Under the pieces are notes generated by a model. That model was not told where the DNA came from. It saw only the letters and a program-made list of their open reading frames with translations, and searched no databases. A DNA stretch of 63,741 nucleotides, the filler included, from Olpidium bornovanus S191 (lineage: Eukaryota > Fungi > Olpidiomycota): assembly GCA_017911155.1 (NCBI GenBank). It is 21 parts of 21 records of this genome, joined end to end, with 100 filler letters (N's around TTAATTAATTAA, not from the genome) between each part and the next. Parts side by side here need not be neighbours in the genome. Positions count along the whole stretch, not along the records: positions 43,646 to 52,345 come from JAEFCI010003825.1; positions 52,446 to 57,495 come from JAEFCI010002943.1; positions 57,596 to 59,151 come from JAEFCI010000650.1; positions 59,252 to 62,472 come from JAEFCI010005886.1; 17 more parts are not named here. The stretch is one strand, 5' to 3'. This document shows positions 48,036-59,852 of this stretch, piece by piece. The translations under genes were made by a program, and so were the position numbers. Each line of letters opens with the position of its first letter. Position 1 is the first letter of the stretch.

Positions 48036-48767
48036 GGAGACGGGCGTATTCCCTGAAAATCTCGCCGCCTTGAGGAGCACCGCGACCCCTTTTACTAGTG
48101 CACGGGTTTGCTTGTACCTCAAAGGACACTTTGTCTAAGAGGGCGACTTGGAGCGTACGTACTCGGTCCTTTACTGTCCGCAGCACTCCACACAAAACAG
48201 AATAGTAAAAATAGCATTCAAAACAAGACCCTGAAGCGGGAGAAAAAACGGCTGTCCCAAGTACACCCCAGATTCCTCCTGTCCCCCGCACTCGTCACGG
48301 CCTCCCCGTTTCCCCCCCGCCACTTCGCCCTCCCGCTCCCGCACCTGCTGCCGCTCTTTGTCTGCCGTGCGCAGTGCTCGCTCCGGCCGACGTGGGCCGC
48401 GCCTCCCCACCCCGTGTTCGTCTCGACCCCGCATCTTCCATGTTCGGCTCGTCCCCCGCCTTTCCTCCCGCTGGCGCGGGTGGTGTGGAGTGCGTTTTCC
48501 GCGAGCGGCCGGCCGCTGACAAGCGCCCCATCCTCTCTCCCCTTTAGCAGGACGGTCGGCGAGGCGGGAAAGAGGACCGGGACGAGGAAGAGGAGGAGGA
48601 GGAGCGGCGTGCTCCCGAGCCACTGAGTAGAGGGCGGTCGGCTTGGCTCACGCGCTCTCGCCACCCGGCCGTGGTCGTCCCAGCCGGAACCGCCGGAACC
48701 GCGGACCGCATACCTTCACAGTAGGGCGAGGGTAAGCCGCCTCTTGCAGAACCAGCCGCCGCCGAGA

Positions 48768-50603
48768 ATGGCGAAGAAGAAGAGCCCCAGGAGGAACGCC
48801 GCCCACAGGAGCGGAAGCAAGGCTTCCGGAGAGCGCAGCAGCGACAAGGGGTCGCCGGCCCTGGCCCCCGTCCACGACGAGGCCGATCACGACGACGGTG
48901 GCCCCGACATGCCCGCCGACGTGCAGGACCAGCGCGGAGAAGGCGCCGCGGGAGCCCGTCCGTCCGAGGACGCCGCGCGCGGACGAACGCTCTCGCCCGC
49001 GGAGACGGCGCGCCGCCTGCCGTCAGAACCGGCAGACGCCGCTGCGGACGTTCCCGCCGCCGGCGCTGAGAAGAAGGCCGGGAAGAGGGACGCAGAGAAA
49101 GGCGCGAAGAGCGACGCCGCCGGCGCCGGTCGCATGAAACCCGAGGTTTCGTCGGACGCGGAGGAGCTTGCCGATCGACCGTCAAGGGGCGAGAAGGTCG
49201 GCAGTATGGCGCCGGCGGTCAAGAAGAGAGGGGCCGAAAGGGACGAGAGGTGGGATGCCGAGGACGCCACCGCTGAAGAGCCCGGACAAGTAGAGCCTGC
49301 ACCAGAAAATGAATTTTTCGATTACATTAGGCACCACGAGGCTCCGACCATCGCCGGCCTGGCGAAGAACCCGGCTGCCGCAGACGCCGAGGAGAACGCT
49401 ATCGAGGCTGCCGCTGCTGCCGAGGAGGTGCCGAGGCCCGTGGACCGTCCGCCGGATAGCGAGCTCGCCGAACTCATCAAGCACCACGAGGCCCCTTCCT
49501 TTTCCGCCGTTGCGAAGCACCTCGCGGAGATCGACGCCGAGGAGAACGCTATCGAAGCTGCCGCTGCTGCTGAGGAGGTGCCGAGGCCCGTGGACCGTCC
49601 GCCGGATAGCGAGCTCGCCGAACTCATCAAGCACCACGAGGCCCCCTCCTTTTCCGCCGTTGCGAAGCACCTCGCGGAGATCGACGCCGAGGAGAAAGCG
49701 ATCGACGACGCTGCGGCGGCCAAAGAAGTTCCTGAGCCCGGCCATCACTCTCGGGACAGTGGGCTTTTGGAGCACATTAAGAGTCACGAGGCACCTACGT
49801 TCGTGGAAGTGGCCAAGCATGCAGCTCAGAAGGAAGAGACGGAGAGCGAGCCGACCGACGGACCAGTCCTAAAGAGGGAGGTGTTTCCGACGATTGCGGA
49901 AGCCGGTGGCGCGAAGGACGCGGCGCATATTATGCCGCAGGAGACGGGAGACGAGGACGCCGAAAACCTCGTTCAAAAAATTGCACACGACCGCGCTCCC
50001 TCTTTCGCCGAAATTGCGAAACCGCACGAGGCGGAACACGCGGAGGTGGACGGACCGGTGCGGACGGCGAAGGAGGAGGACAGGGAAACAGGACTCGCTC
50101 TCCTGCTCGACCCCAAAGAAGCGAGCGACCGCGACGAGGAGAGCGGCGACGTGTTCCTTTCCGCCTTGGAACTCGAACAGCAGCAAGGACAACAACAACA
50201 ACAGCAGGAGCCGGCGCCAGGTGCCGCGGAGGAAAGGACGGCAAAGATCGCCGACGAGCCTATCGGGACGGTCGCGAAGGCCGCGGACACGGCGGCTTCC
50301 CCGGCCGAAAACGCGGTTCAGGGGAAGGCGTCCGCCGCGGGTGGCCCCGCGCATGAGGAGAAAGAGATTTTTGTTGCCGAGCCCTGCCGGCCGGCAGCCG
50401 GCAGCGAAGCCGGAACGTCGCGCCGCGAGGCGGACAAGAAGAAAAAGGCCGCTCGCGTTTCGCTCTTCGTCGGCGCCGGAGCTCTCGCGGCGGCGGCGAT
50501 TGCCATACTGGGCTTGACCGCCAGGTATCGCCTGCGAAAGGGTCCCGCAGCAAGCCTGGGGACGGCCGTTGGCGCTGTTGTCGGACTGTTCGGATGGATG
50601 TGA
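48768..50603 (+). CDS. Acidic repeat protein with two C-terminal hydrophobic helices (tail-anchored), 611 aa, single exon
   Basis: Long ORF from MAKKKSPRR with 50-aa repeats and the C-terminus VSLFVGAGALAAAAIAILGLTARYRLRKGPAASLGTAVGAVVGLFGWM*. Confidence 0.8.
   Translation: MAKKKSPRRNAAHRSGSKASGERSSDKGSPALAPVHDEADHDDGGPDMPADVQDQRGEGAAGARPSEDAARGRTLSPAETARRLPSEPADAAADVPAAGAEKKAGKRDAEKGAKSDAAGAGRMKPEVSSDAEELADRPSRGEKVGSMAPAVKKRGAERDERWDAEDATAEEPGQVEPAPENEFFDYIRHHEAPTIAGLAKNPAAADAEENAIEAAAAAEEVPRPVDRPPDSELAELIKHHEAPSFSAVAKHLAEIDAEENAIEAAAAAEEVPRPVDRPPDSELAELIKHHEAPSFSAVAKHLAEIDAEEKAIDDAAAAKEVPEPGHHSRDSGLLEHIKSHEAPTFVEVAKHAAQKEETESEPTDGPVLKREVFPTIAEAGGAKDAAHIMPQETGDEDAENLVQKIAHDRAPSFAEIAKPHEAEHAEVDGPVRTAKEEDRETGLALLLDPKEASDRDEESGDVFLSALELEQQQGQQQQQQEPAPGAAEERTAKIADEPIGTVAKAADTAASPAENAVQGKASAAGGPAHEEKEIFVAEPCRPAAGSEAGTSRREADKKKKAARVSLFVGAGALAAAAIAILGLTARYRLRKGPAASLGTAVGAVVGLFGWM
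49314..50030 (+). repeat. 150-bp (50-aa) coding tandem repeat: four units plus one displaced degenerate unit
   Basis: Near-identical 150-nt units start at about 49464 and about 49614. The motif I..H.AP(T/S)F..(V/I)AK occurs five times. Confidence 0.92.
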
Positions 50604-53600
50604 GCCAGAGAATTCTTTCCTGTCCCGTATTGTCTTCCTGGTCAACCATGTTCCGTTTTATGTTATGTTCTGAGTTTGCCGTTGAATTGAGAGGTCGATG
50701 ACTAATGCCGTCATCTACCCTAGATATGCCCGCGGGCGAATGTGAAACCGTTTGACCGCCGAGACCGCCAAATACATCTGCCGCCACGCTGATGTTCCGA
50801 CCTAAAACTTTTGCTACCACGCTCTCGCGAAACAGAAAAGATGAAAGAAGTGCCGGACGTGTCCTAGAAATATGCTTTTTTGCTGTAATAAGCCGTCGCA
50901 TGTCGTTTCCTGGGACCCCGTGCGGCACATCTCTTATAATATCCAATTTGCGGTGGCGCCAGGGCTCTCGTTGGTGAATCCAGCAGCCCAAGTTGTCGAA
51001 CTGTGTTTCTCGTCCGAAAAATCACGCATCTCGTTTTGCACCTGTACCGAAAGCGAAAAAAAAAACGCATGAAAAGTTTGAGGAAAGCCGAAGGGCATCG
51101 TCAGTATTATCCTTTTAAGAACGGGGGGGCGGTCTTTGGCTTGGGGAGTAGTGCCCCTCCCAAAGCCACATGACCCGCTGCGCCAGAAAATCAACGGCAA
51201 AGCAGCAAGATTCTGGTTGAACAGAAGCTGTGATGTCGGAAGAACTTAATTTGTTGGGGACTGCCGAACAGCGTGGTAAAATCCTCTTTTCCGGAATTTC
51301 ACCGAGTCAAGATTCGCCGTAGGCTTTTCTTGCGGTTTCCCCCCGAGCGGTACGCCAACTGCGGAAACACCGTGACAGGTCCCGGGCAGCGCCAGAAGGT
51401 AACAGGCGACGCCAAAAAAGCGTTGAAAGTTTTGGAACCCCGCAGGAGAATTCAAAAAAATCTACCGTAAAGCCCCGGACGTGCACGAACGTTTTCGAGG
51501 GATCAAGCAGGGAAGTTGCGGTAAAATGCGGTCGTGAATCGGCCGTTCACACCACTGTGATCTGGATTTCAGCCCGATAGGCGTGACCTGCTTTGAAGAA
51601 GAGTGTTGGCGTGTGCGTGCAAACGGCGCTAACTACCTCCCAACAAGTCTCCTTTGTTTCTATTTGAAATTGCCGGAAAAGTGCGGGCTAAGGGGGGGAA
51701 AAAAAATGGGTTTGGCGTGCTGTCCACTGAATGCCAGTCACGCGATTAACAACGCGCAGGAACCTTCCCCACCGGGATGGCCGCATGTTATTCCACCTTT
51801 GATTCGACCCTTTTGTCACTGCTGAAGCAACTCCTTCGCCCTGTACCAGGACCCGAATGATCGCTGTCCTTTTCGTCTTTCTCTCTTTCTCTCTATTTTT
51901 TTTTTCTTTCTTGCTCTCTGTCGCTCTTACTTTGTTTCTCTCCAATCAGCGTGGATGACTATGGAGGCGGCGGTGGTTGGGGATGTTTTGGGGGGGATGT
52001 GGGCGGGGTGGGCAATGGGGGGGTTAGATGGGGGAAGCGGCGGGGCGAACCTTGTGTGCGGGAGTCAAAAAGAATCAGCACAGGAGGGTCATTGAAATTT
52101 TCGACGTAGAAGTTGCAAAAGGATTACCCACAGGTTACCCAAGTCGTAGGCCTGTGTAATAAAGCAGAAATCAAAGTGTCCCAACTTTGCGTCCGCGTGT
52201 TTTTCATTCCGAAAGTTAGAATAAAAATTTAACGGAATGAAAACATTTCGAAAAAGTTGTGAATATCGCGAATCCTACAAAAGAAAAAAGAAAGAGAATC
52301 GCCCGAATCTCTCCTCACCATAAAAAGGAAAAAAAAAAAAAAAAANNNNNNNNNNNNNNNNNNNNNNNNNNNNNNNNNNNNNNNNNNNNTTAATTAATTA
52401 ANNNNNNNNNNNNNNNNNNNNNNNNNNNNNNNNNNNNNNNNNNNNCATGTCCGCTACGTTTTTGGCCGAGACAACGCGCTTCAATGTGCGTAATCTCATC
52501 CGCGGCGCATAGTTTAAGGCGGTGTACCTGATGTCAAATGTGTTTCAATCGTTTTCGTGTTTTGGGGTCTGCGGCCAGTTCGGCCGCTTCCCGGTGTTGT
52601 CTAAGTTCCGCGCTGCAGTGGGCGGCGTTGACGCTCCCCGGGGCTTCGCGGGCACGCCGTCGGTCTGCTGCTGCTGCTGCGGCTGCGGCTGCAGCGTTCT
52701 GGTTTTGCGCCATCCGACAGCGGCGGCATTCTGCAATGCCGCCGCTGTATAACACCAACAAAGCGCGGCCTGGTGCGTGGAGGGCGGTTGAGCCCCCCCC
52801 CCCGACCCCGGTCCCGAGATGGGGGCCGCTGCGGACGACTCGCCCGCATTGCAACAATGAAAAATAAATTCCGGCCGATTCGGATGGCTTACTGCGAGCG
52901 TAGCGACCTATCGTTGTAGCGCCGGGCGGAGTGTGAAGTAATGGTCCCGTGACCTACGATTTGACAGTAACGGCGTCCCCCCTCCCCGGTGCGGGAGACT
53001 TTCAACAACAGTGAACGGCAAGACGACCTTGCGCGCGTGCAGAGGGTGACGCGGACACAAGCGGCGACGTCGGAGGTGGAAGAGTGATCATTCGAACCAC
53101 GAATTAGTCCAGCCGCCTGTGGTGGCGCCGGATGTCGGGGCATTTTACCCCTGCTTGTGGTACCCAGGAGGCCGGATGAAAAATTCGTTCCGCTCGAACG
53201 CTGAGAACTGATGGAAGCCTGCTGTGTGATTTAGGCGGAGTGCGGGTTACCGCTTTTCCAAGAAACGAACTCGCTCTCATCCAATCCTTCTAGTGCCCCG
53301 TGCTCTTCGATGGCTGTTTCCACGATGCCATCGTCGCCTTCGTCGTCGCTAATGTCCTCTTCGCCCGCCTCCAAGCCGGGGCCGCAGGGTCCAGGGGGCG
53401 TAAGGTGCCTTTTCCCCGCTCCGAATGCAAAAGACCTGCCTCTGTTAGGTCTCCGCTGCCACGATGCTCCAAAGTTCGCCAAGGAGCCCACGCCAAGTTT
53501 GACTTGGCCCAGCTCATTGCAGGTCAACGTAAAGGCGTGGTCGGTCGTAGAACCGCTTGCTGAAAGCCGTGCCCCGCGCCCCAACTCGCCCCTTCCCCCC

Positions 53601-54216
53601 CCCCCCCCCACACACACTGCCTTTTTCTTTTCGCCTGGAGCCCTTCGTTGCTTCGTGCGAAGTTTGGGACTCAGGTCCCGCTCCGCCGGCGAGAACCAGA
53701 CCGGGAGGAGGCACAGGCTGCTGGCCGTCGGAGCTGTGGCGGACGACCCTCCCGTACGCAGCGTGTGGGGCGATGGTGTTCCAGGAAGCTTCGACCAGGC
53801 CTGGGAAGCCGCCAAACAACGTTGTCCTTTCAAAAAACACGGCTGGTCGTCCACTTTTCATCGCTGCTGCCGCTGCGGATAGCGGAGGATTGCCACGGTG
53901 AGCGAGTGGGGAAGGGGCCGGGGCGGGGGAGGGAAGGTTGGCGGCCATGGTCGCGCCGCAAAAAAAAAACCGCCGGCCGCCGTCACCGCCCGGAAGGTGG
54001 AAAAGCTCCCGCCCTGCTCCGCATCCCTCCCTCTCTCCTCCCGTTTCCGGTCCTTCGAAACGACTACACACCGCGGCCTTTGCAACCGCCGCCGGGCGGG
54101 GGCCAGCACGGCCGCCGTTCTTTCGGGTTCGGTGGGGAAGAGGGGGAAGCCGGCTGAGAGGAGAGGGGAAGGCGGCGGGCCCGGTTTGGCAAAGGGCGGC
54201 GGCCGGTGCGCCTGCC

Positions 54217-55878
54217 ATGACGCACTGCTGCCCGGTCGAGAACCACGGCGAGGTGCTGTGCCAGTTCGACTTCGGCCCGGAGGAGGAGCTGAGCGGGTGG
54301 GCGGCGAACGAGGAGGCCGACCGGCGCACGTTCGAGTCGGTGACGGCGTGCTACGACTACGCGACGCCGGCGCCGGCGCCCGCAGCGGCGGTGCCGGACA
54401 AGGCCGGCGGCGGCTCGGCGGGACCCTTCTCCAGGAGAGAGGCGGCGGGATCGGGGTCGACCCCGGACGGCGGCGCCGCCGTTCAGGCCATGCGGATGGT
54501 CTGCTCGGCGCCGGCCTCGAGGCGGCCGCAGCAGGCCAGGCCCGCGAGATCGGCCGCGGCCGCCGAGCAGCACCGCCGCCGCCGCCTCCACAATCACCAC
54601 CAGTGTCCGGCGGCGCCGAGGTGCCCGGTCGGGAAGACCGTGCGGCAAGTCATGGAGGAGATGAGCGCCGCCGCGGGGGAGAGGCCGGACGCCGAGGCGG
54701 CGGAGGCGGCGGACGAGGGGGCGGCCGAAGGAGGCGACTGCCGGTACTGCCGCTCGCGGCCCGCGCGGGGCAGGTCGGGCGTGCCGGGCGAGTGCAAGGC
54801 CATGTCGCCCGCGCCAACGGCCAAGGCGGCCAGCATCCTCGGCAAGCCGCCGGTTCCAGCGCCGGCGCCGGCGCGCGCCTGCCCGGCGTACGGCCTGTGC
54901 ACCACCATGGTGCAGGTTCTGAGGCAGGCCCGCGGGACGAGCTGCTTCGACGAGGCCGACGATTCCGCAGACGACGCCGCCAGCGCGGGTGATCTCTGCG
55001 CCAGGTCGCGGCCCGGAAACCCGGATTCCAAACCGTCCCGAGCGGCGACGGCGGCGCGTCCGCCTCCTCCTCCACCTCGTCCATCCTCCCCGCCGTGCGG
55101 CGGCGATGCGCCCGCCGCGCCTCCGTACCTGCCGTCGCTGCCGTCGCCGCAGCCGCTGAACAGGTCGTACGCCCTGCAGTCCTGCAGCTGGCCGACCCAG
55201 CACCTGCTTGCCGTCTTGGCTGAGCAGCAGCAGCAGCACTGCCTCCGGTTCGTTAACGGATCGATCCTGCTGCGCTCGCCTTCCCCGTCGTTGCCGGGCG
55301 GCGCCGCCGGCATGCAGCAGGCCGCTGGCAGGCAGCAGGAGCCGCAGCACCAGCAGCACCCGCAGCGCGACAACAATCCCGCCCACCGCGTGCCCGTGGT
55401 GACGTTCTCCGCCAGCACGCTGCGCAGCGGCCCGAAGCCGTCCGTAGATTTGCGGGTGTCGGGAACGGGGAAGAACGGCGGCGGCGGCGGCGGCGGCGGC
55501 GGCGACCTCAAGCCCAGGCCGCCGCCGGCCGCCGCCGCGCCCGCGCCCAGCGCCAACGCAGCAGGGGAAGCGAAGAGGAAGCCGAAACCGCCTACTCCGC
55601 GGCCGAAGAGTGCCTACAGCACGACCTCCCTCTCCCGCACGGCGAGCCTCGTGAGGCGCATCCGCGGCGTAGGTGCCTCCCACATTCTCACTTCGGCGGG
55701 GAAGCTCGGCGCCGCCGCCGCCGCCGCCCCCGGCGGCCCGAGTTCCGGAGACGGCGGCGGCGCTCGATGCGACGTCAACGGGTGGGACGCCCGCAGCCTC
55801 GGCGCCGGCGACGCGCTGACGACGCGGGCGTTCCACGTCGGACTCAACCGGCTGCAATCGGCGAGAGCGTGCACATAA
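54217..55878 (+). CDS. Hypothetical low-complexity protein (about 550 aa)
   Basis: Long ORF with strong GC3 bias from MTHCCPVENHGEVLCQFDFG, carrying poly-A/P/Q/G tracts. No recognised domain. Confidence 0.55.
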   Translation: MTHCCPVENHGEVLCQFDFGPEEELSGWAANEEADRRTFESVTACYDYATPAPAPAAAVPDKAGGGSAGPFSRREAAGSGSTPDGGAAVQAMRMVCSAPASRRPQQARPARSAAAAEQHRRRRLHNHHQCPAAPRCPVGKTVRQVMEEMSAAAGERPDAEAAEAADEGAAEGGDCRYCRSRPARGRSGVPGECKAMSPAPTAKAASILGKPPVPAPAPARACPAYGLCTTMVQVLRQARGTSCFDEADDSADDAASAGDLCARSRPGNPDSKPSRAATAARPPPPPPRPSSPPCGGDAPAAPPYLPSLPSPQPLNRSYALQSCSWPTQHLLAVLAEQQQQHCLRFVNGSILLRSPSPSLPGGAAGMQQAAGRQQEPQHQQHPQRDNNPAHRVPVVTFSASTLRSGPKPSVDLRVSGTGKNGGGGGGGGGDLKPRPPPAAAAPAPSANAAGEAKRKPKPPTPRPKSAYSTTSLSRTASLVRRIRGVGASHILTSAGKLGAAAAAAPGGPSSGDGGGARCDVNGWDARSLGAGDALTTRAFHVGLNRLQSARACT

Positions 55879-56772
55879 ACGTTTGGCAAGCCCTCTCCCT
55901 CATACTCTTAGATAAAATTTAAAGCGAATTGATAATACTGACAACGCCCCTGCCAGCGTCACGGGATCCGGCGGCTCTTTTTCGTATTTTTGTTATTCAA
56001 CTTTTTTTTAACTGTTTTTGTTTTCTGCCCATGCCGCTCCTGACGCGCAGGAACGCCTCAATGCAGCAGTGATTTTCAGCCTTTGTGTAAGATGATTGCG
56101 CGGCGCACGGCCGTTTCGTAGAAATCAATGGATCGACGCGCCGAGCCAAGCGAGAGAGCTTGGGCCCTGTCATTTTCACTTGTGTGCGATAACACGTAGG
56201 AAATGCCGCGCGTCACTGGTAAGCGGTAAATTAGGAGTTTGCTTTAGGACGGTGACACCCGTAGCCGCGGTGCCACTAAGCCAGCGCAAAAAGCGCTTGA
56301 GCGCAGACCAACGCCGTTACCGACCCATTTCGCGTTGAAGAGAAACAGAGAGCTGATCCCGGCAGTGATGTCCGGTCGTGTTTGGGTTGCTCAGGCAATT
56401 GAGGCTGACGGGTAAGTTCACCGCAGCGCGCCTTTTCAGCTCTGGCGAACGGCGATGGGCACCACCGGAATCCCTGGAAATCCGCGAAAACGAATTCGCC
56501 GTTTTCCCACGCAATTTGATTTCCACATTAGCCAGAATCTTATCTTGCAAAATCTGAAGCTGCCCAATCGGCCGATTGTGAACAAATTTTTTTTTGATGT
56601 GCCGCGGAAATGGCGCGACGGTCTGGTACTCTCTGCAACCAGAAGGCTGGTTAAACGTGACCGGACGAGAGTTTGAAGTGTTTCGCACGCTGTGTTTCCG
56701 GCAGCCTGGTTACTGAGCCGCGCTCGCGCTTAAGCCACTGAGATGGCGTTCGTCTATTGCGCGTGCTGCATT

Positions 56773-57495
56773 TCAATTCCGCACCTGAGCTGCCGCCGCC
56801 GTCTGATGTTTGGCCACGCTGTTTTTCAGGCCGTTGATAACATCCCCAGGGGACTTTGCCTTGAAGACGGCCGAACCCGCGACGATGACGTTCGCACCGG
56901 CCTCGGCCGCCGCGTCTACGTTGTCGAGATCGAGCCCGCCGTCGACCTCGATGTCCAAGTCCGGGAACCGCTTCCGCAGCTCGCGAACCTTTGGAATGCA
57001 GTCAACCATGAACTTCTGACCGCCGAAGCCTGCAGTGCCAAAAAAGGAAGAAAAATGATAAAAAGGACGAACGCAACAGCTCCGGTCAACAATCCTGCGC
57101 ACGGCGCGGTTTTTCAAGCAGAGGCCCGCCGTTTGCAAACTCACCCGGTTCTACAGTCATGACCAGAATCATGTCTGCTTTGGCCGCGACCGAAAAAGCG
57201 GCCTCCACGGGCGTGTTGGGCTTTATCGACACTCCAGCTTTCATGCCCGCCCTGTGGATCTTGTCGACCAGCTCGGACGCGTCCTCTTCCCCGTGGTTCC
57301 GAGTCGATGCGGGCGCGCGAGGGGCAAAACACATTTTGATCAACATTTCCGCGCGCGTGGATGACGTTCCCGATCATCTGTTTCCCGCCTCGCCTTTCAG
57401 CTCCGTGCGGCAACCTTTCCCTTTTTACCTCCGCTTTCCATTCAAGCCCGCGTCCACGACCCACCTGCTGCCTCGATATGGAAGGTGTACATGTC
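56773..57495 (-). CDS. RPE1: Ribulose-phosphate 3-epimerase, 5' truncated
   Basis: YTFHIEA|, [19 protein letters not shown]|[15 protein letters not shown] and [13 protein letters not shown]. Confidence 0.95.
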
Positions 57496-57596
57496 NNNNN
57501 NNNNNNNNNNNNNNNNNNNNNNNNNNNNNNNNNNNNNNNTTAATTAATTAANNNNNNNNNNNNNNNNNNNNNNNNNNNNNNNNNNNNNNNNNNNNC

Positions 57597-58912
57597 ATGA
57601 TCGCCCGGTCGGTGCGGCGCATGCTGGAATGCTGCGGCGCCGTCTCGAAGGACTCCCCGATTCTTGCCCAGCACCCGCAGCTGAGGGCGACGCATAACGG
57701 CATCCGCTCTTCTTTGAGCAAGCTGGTCCTGGCGTGCTTCGTGGCGTCGGGACTGTACCCGCCGCCGGACGCGGTCCAGAACATGCGCTACCAGGCGGGG
57801 CAGGTCTTGTTAGCCATCCGCAACCTGGTCTCGGCGGCCCAGGACCTGGGCGTCGAGCCGCGAGACCCGAACGAGCTCCGGATGCTCCGGAGCCGGTCCT
57901 GGGCGGCCATTTTCGAGGAGCGAGACGAGGAGGTGGGCGACCGGCAGCTGATTAACCGGCTCGACGCCCTCTCCGACATCATCATCGAGCTCGTGTCCGT
58001 GCTCCGCGGCCGCATCTCGCAGGGCAGCCGCGCGTCTGGCACGCTGATCGAGAACGCCAAAGACATCGTGAACCATGCCGGGCAGTTGCTGAGCCTGCTC
58101 GAGGACGTCCCCCCCGCCGACGTGCACGCCATCGCCTCCCACCCGCTGTCCAAGTTGCCGGACTTCCTGGCAAAAAAAGATGGCCTGTACACCGCCGTCA
58201 ACGACCTCGTCACGTCGGCCCGGACGACGATGGACGACTTCGCGCCGCCAAACGCGCTGTCGCTCCTGGCGGCGTCGGCGACAGCAATCCTGAAGGCGAT
58301 GGAAGACCTCGTGGCGTCCGCGAAAGAGCTCCTCGGCCAGAAAGAAGACATGGAGCGGATCCGGCTGCAAAACCTGGTGGAGCAGCTCGAAGACGAGCAG
58401 AAGAAGGGGGAAAAGGACCTGCAGATCCTCCAGCGGCGCGCGCAGTCCCTCAACTTCGACAAGGACGGCGCGGGCGACGGCCAGGCGGCCGAGCGGGACG
58501 CCGGTAGCTCCCAGCAGCTGAAATCCACCCCGAAGCCGTCGACGTCGTCCCTGCCCGCCGCCGCCACCGCCGCCGCCGCCGCCCAGATGGCCAGGTCGGC
58601 CTCGACGCAGTCGATAGAGAGCGCCAAGATCCAGAAGTTCTTCGGGGAGCGGAACGTGAAGGCGCCGGCCGGCTGCCGCGCGGAATCCGACCCGAACGCT
58701 CGCCCGTCGTACCTCGGTTACGACTACGGGCCGAATGACATCATGTTTAACATGGAAGGACAGGTCAGCGGAGGGACATTCGAAGCGTTGGTGGAGCGCT
58801 TGACTTTGCACGACCAGCAACCTTGTACGGCCATGCTTCCTTTTTTGGTTTTGTTCCTTCTATTTTAAACTTCAGTTTTTTTTCCGTATGTAGTTGCGAA
58901 TCGACGCCTTTT

Positions 58913-58951
<39 letters not shown>

Positions 58952-59151
58952 GAATCATTGAACCACCGTTCATCCTGGGCTGAAACTCCAGTACTTCCGA
59001 ACGTGCAGCTCACAGCTACATAACGGCGTTCATGCTGACTTTCCGCTGTTTCTGCAAGCCGGCCGAGCTCCTCAACCAACTGATCAAGCGGTTCACGATG
59101 GAGCCGCCGGAAGGGCTGACCTCCGAGGAGGTGCAGATCTGGATCGAGAGG
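57597..59151 (+). CDS. Cdc25/Ste6-type Ras guanine-nucleotide exchange factor, internal fragment with REM domain
   Basis: R...N.IRSSLSKLVL, then YLGYDY..NDIMFNMEGQVSGGTFEALVERLTLHD and YITAFMLTFRCFCKPAELL..LIKRF..EPPEGLT.EE...W. Confidence 0.88.
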
Positions 59152-59251
59152 NNNNNNNNNNNNNNNNNNNNNNNNNNNNNNNNNNNNNNNNNNNNTTAAT
59201 TAATTAANNNNNNNNNNNNNNNNNNNNNNNNNNNNNNNNNNNNNNNNNNNN

Positions 59252-59852
59252 ATTTTCCAGCATGCGGTACTCCTGCTGGGGTAAAGGGGAGTGTTACGTG
59301 CAGCTGGTTCCTGCGATGCCCGACTGCGATGATTGCATCCTCGAAACAAGCAGAAACGCGGGGATCGGCGGGTTGGCCCTTCCCGTACCCCACACCCAGC
59401 CTCTTTCCCCTTTCCCGCACCTGAAGGAGCATTGTGTTCTCCCGCCCAAACGTGCTGTTCACCCTGCCGTCGATCGTCCGCGGGAGAATCCCAATCAGCA
59501 TCACTTTGCGCTGGACGTCCTGGAGCACCGACATGATCCGCTGCGCCTCGACGCTGGTGAGCTTTGACGAAAAGCTCGGCTGCTGCTGCTGCTCTCCACC
59601 GGCGGCGGCGGCGGCGGCGGACGACAATCCGCGTGAGGTTTCCGCCGCTTCGTCGAACGTGGCGCGGCGGCGGCGGCTGTCCGCCGCGCCGCCGCCGCCT
59701 GCGGCGACCGACGCTTTCCGGAGGGCGGCCGCCGCCCGCGGGGTCTGTCCGCGAGGCTTGTCCTTCGCGACGGCGGCCAGCCCTGTGCCGGGGAGATGAG
59801 CTGCGTCCGCGCCTAGCCCATCCGCGGCGCGATCATTCAGCGTCGCCGCCAT
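59252..59852 (-). CDS. DRC10: Dynein regulatory complex subunit 10 (IQCD), 5' exon, 3' truncated
   Basis: SKLTSVEAQRIMSVLQDVQRKV matches the conserved IQCD start (human KLTTIEAKRIMSILDE, from memory). Confidence 0.78.

Noticed and set aside
53231-53854. Minus-strand ORF with an acidic tail
   Set aside because: It has no recognisable domain, crosses a homopolymer tract and lacks clear codon bias. It may be an exon but is unsupported.
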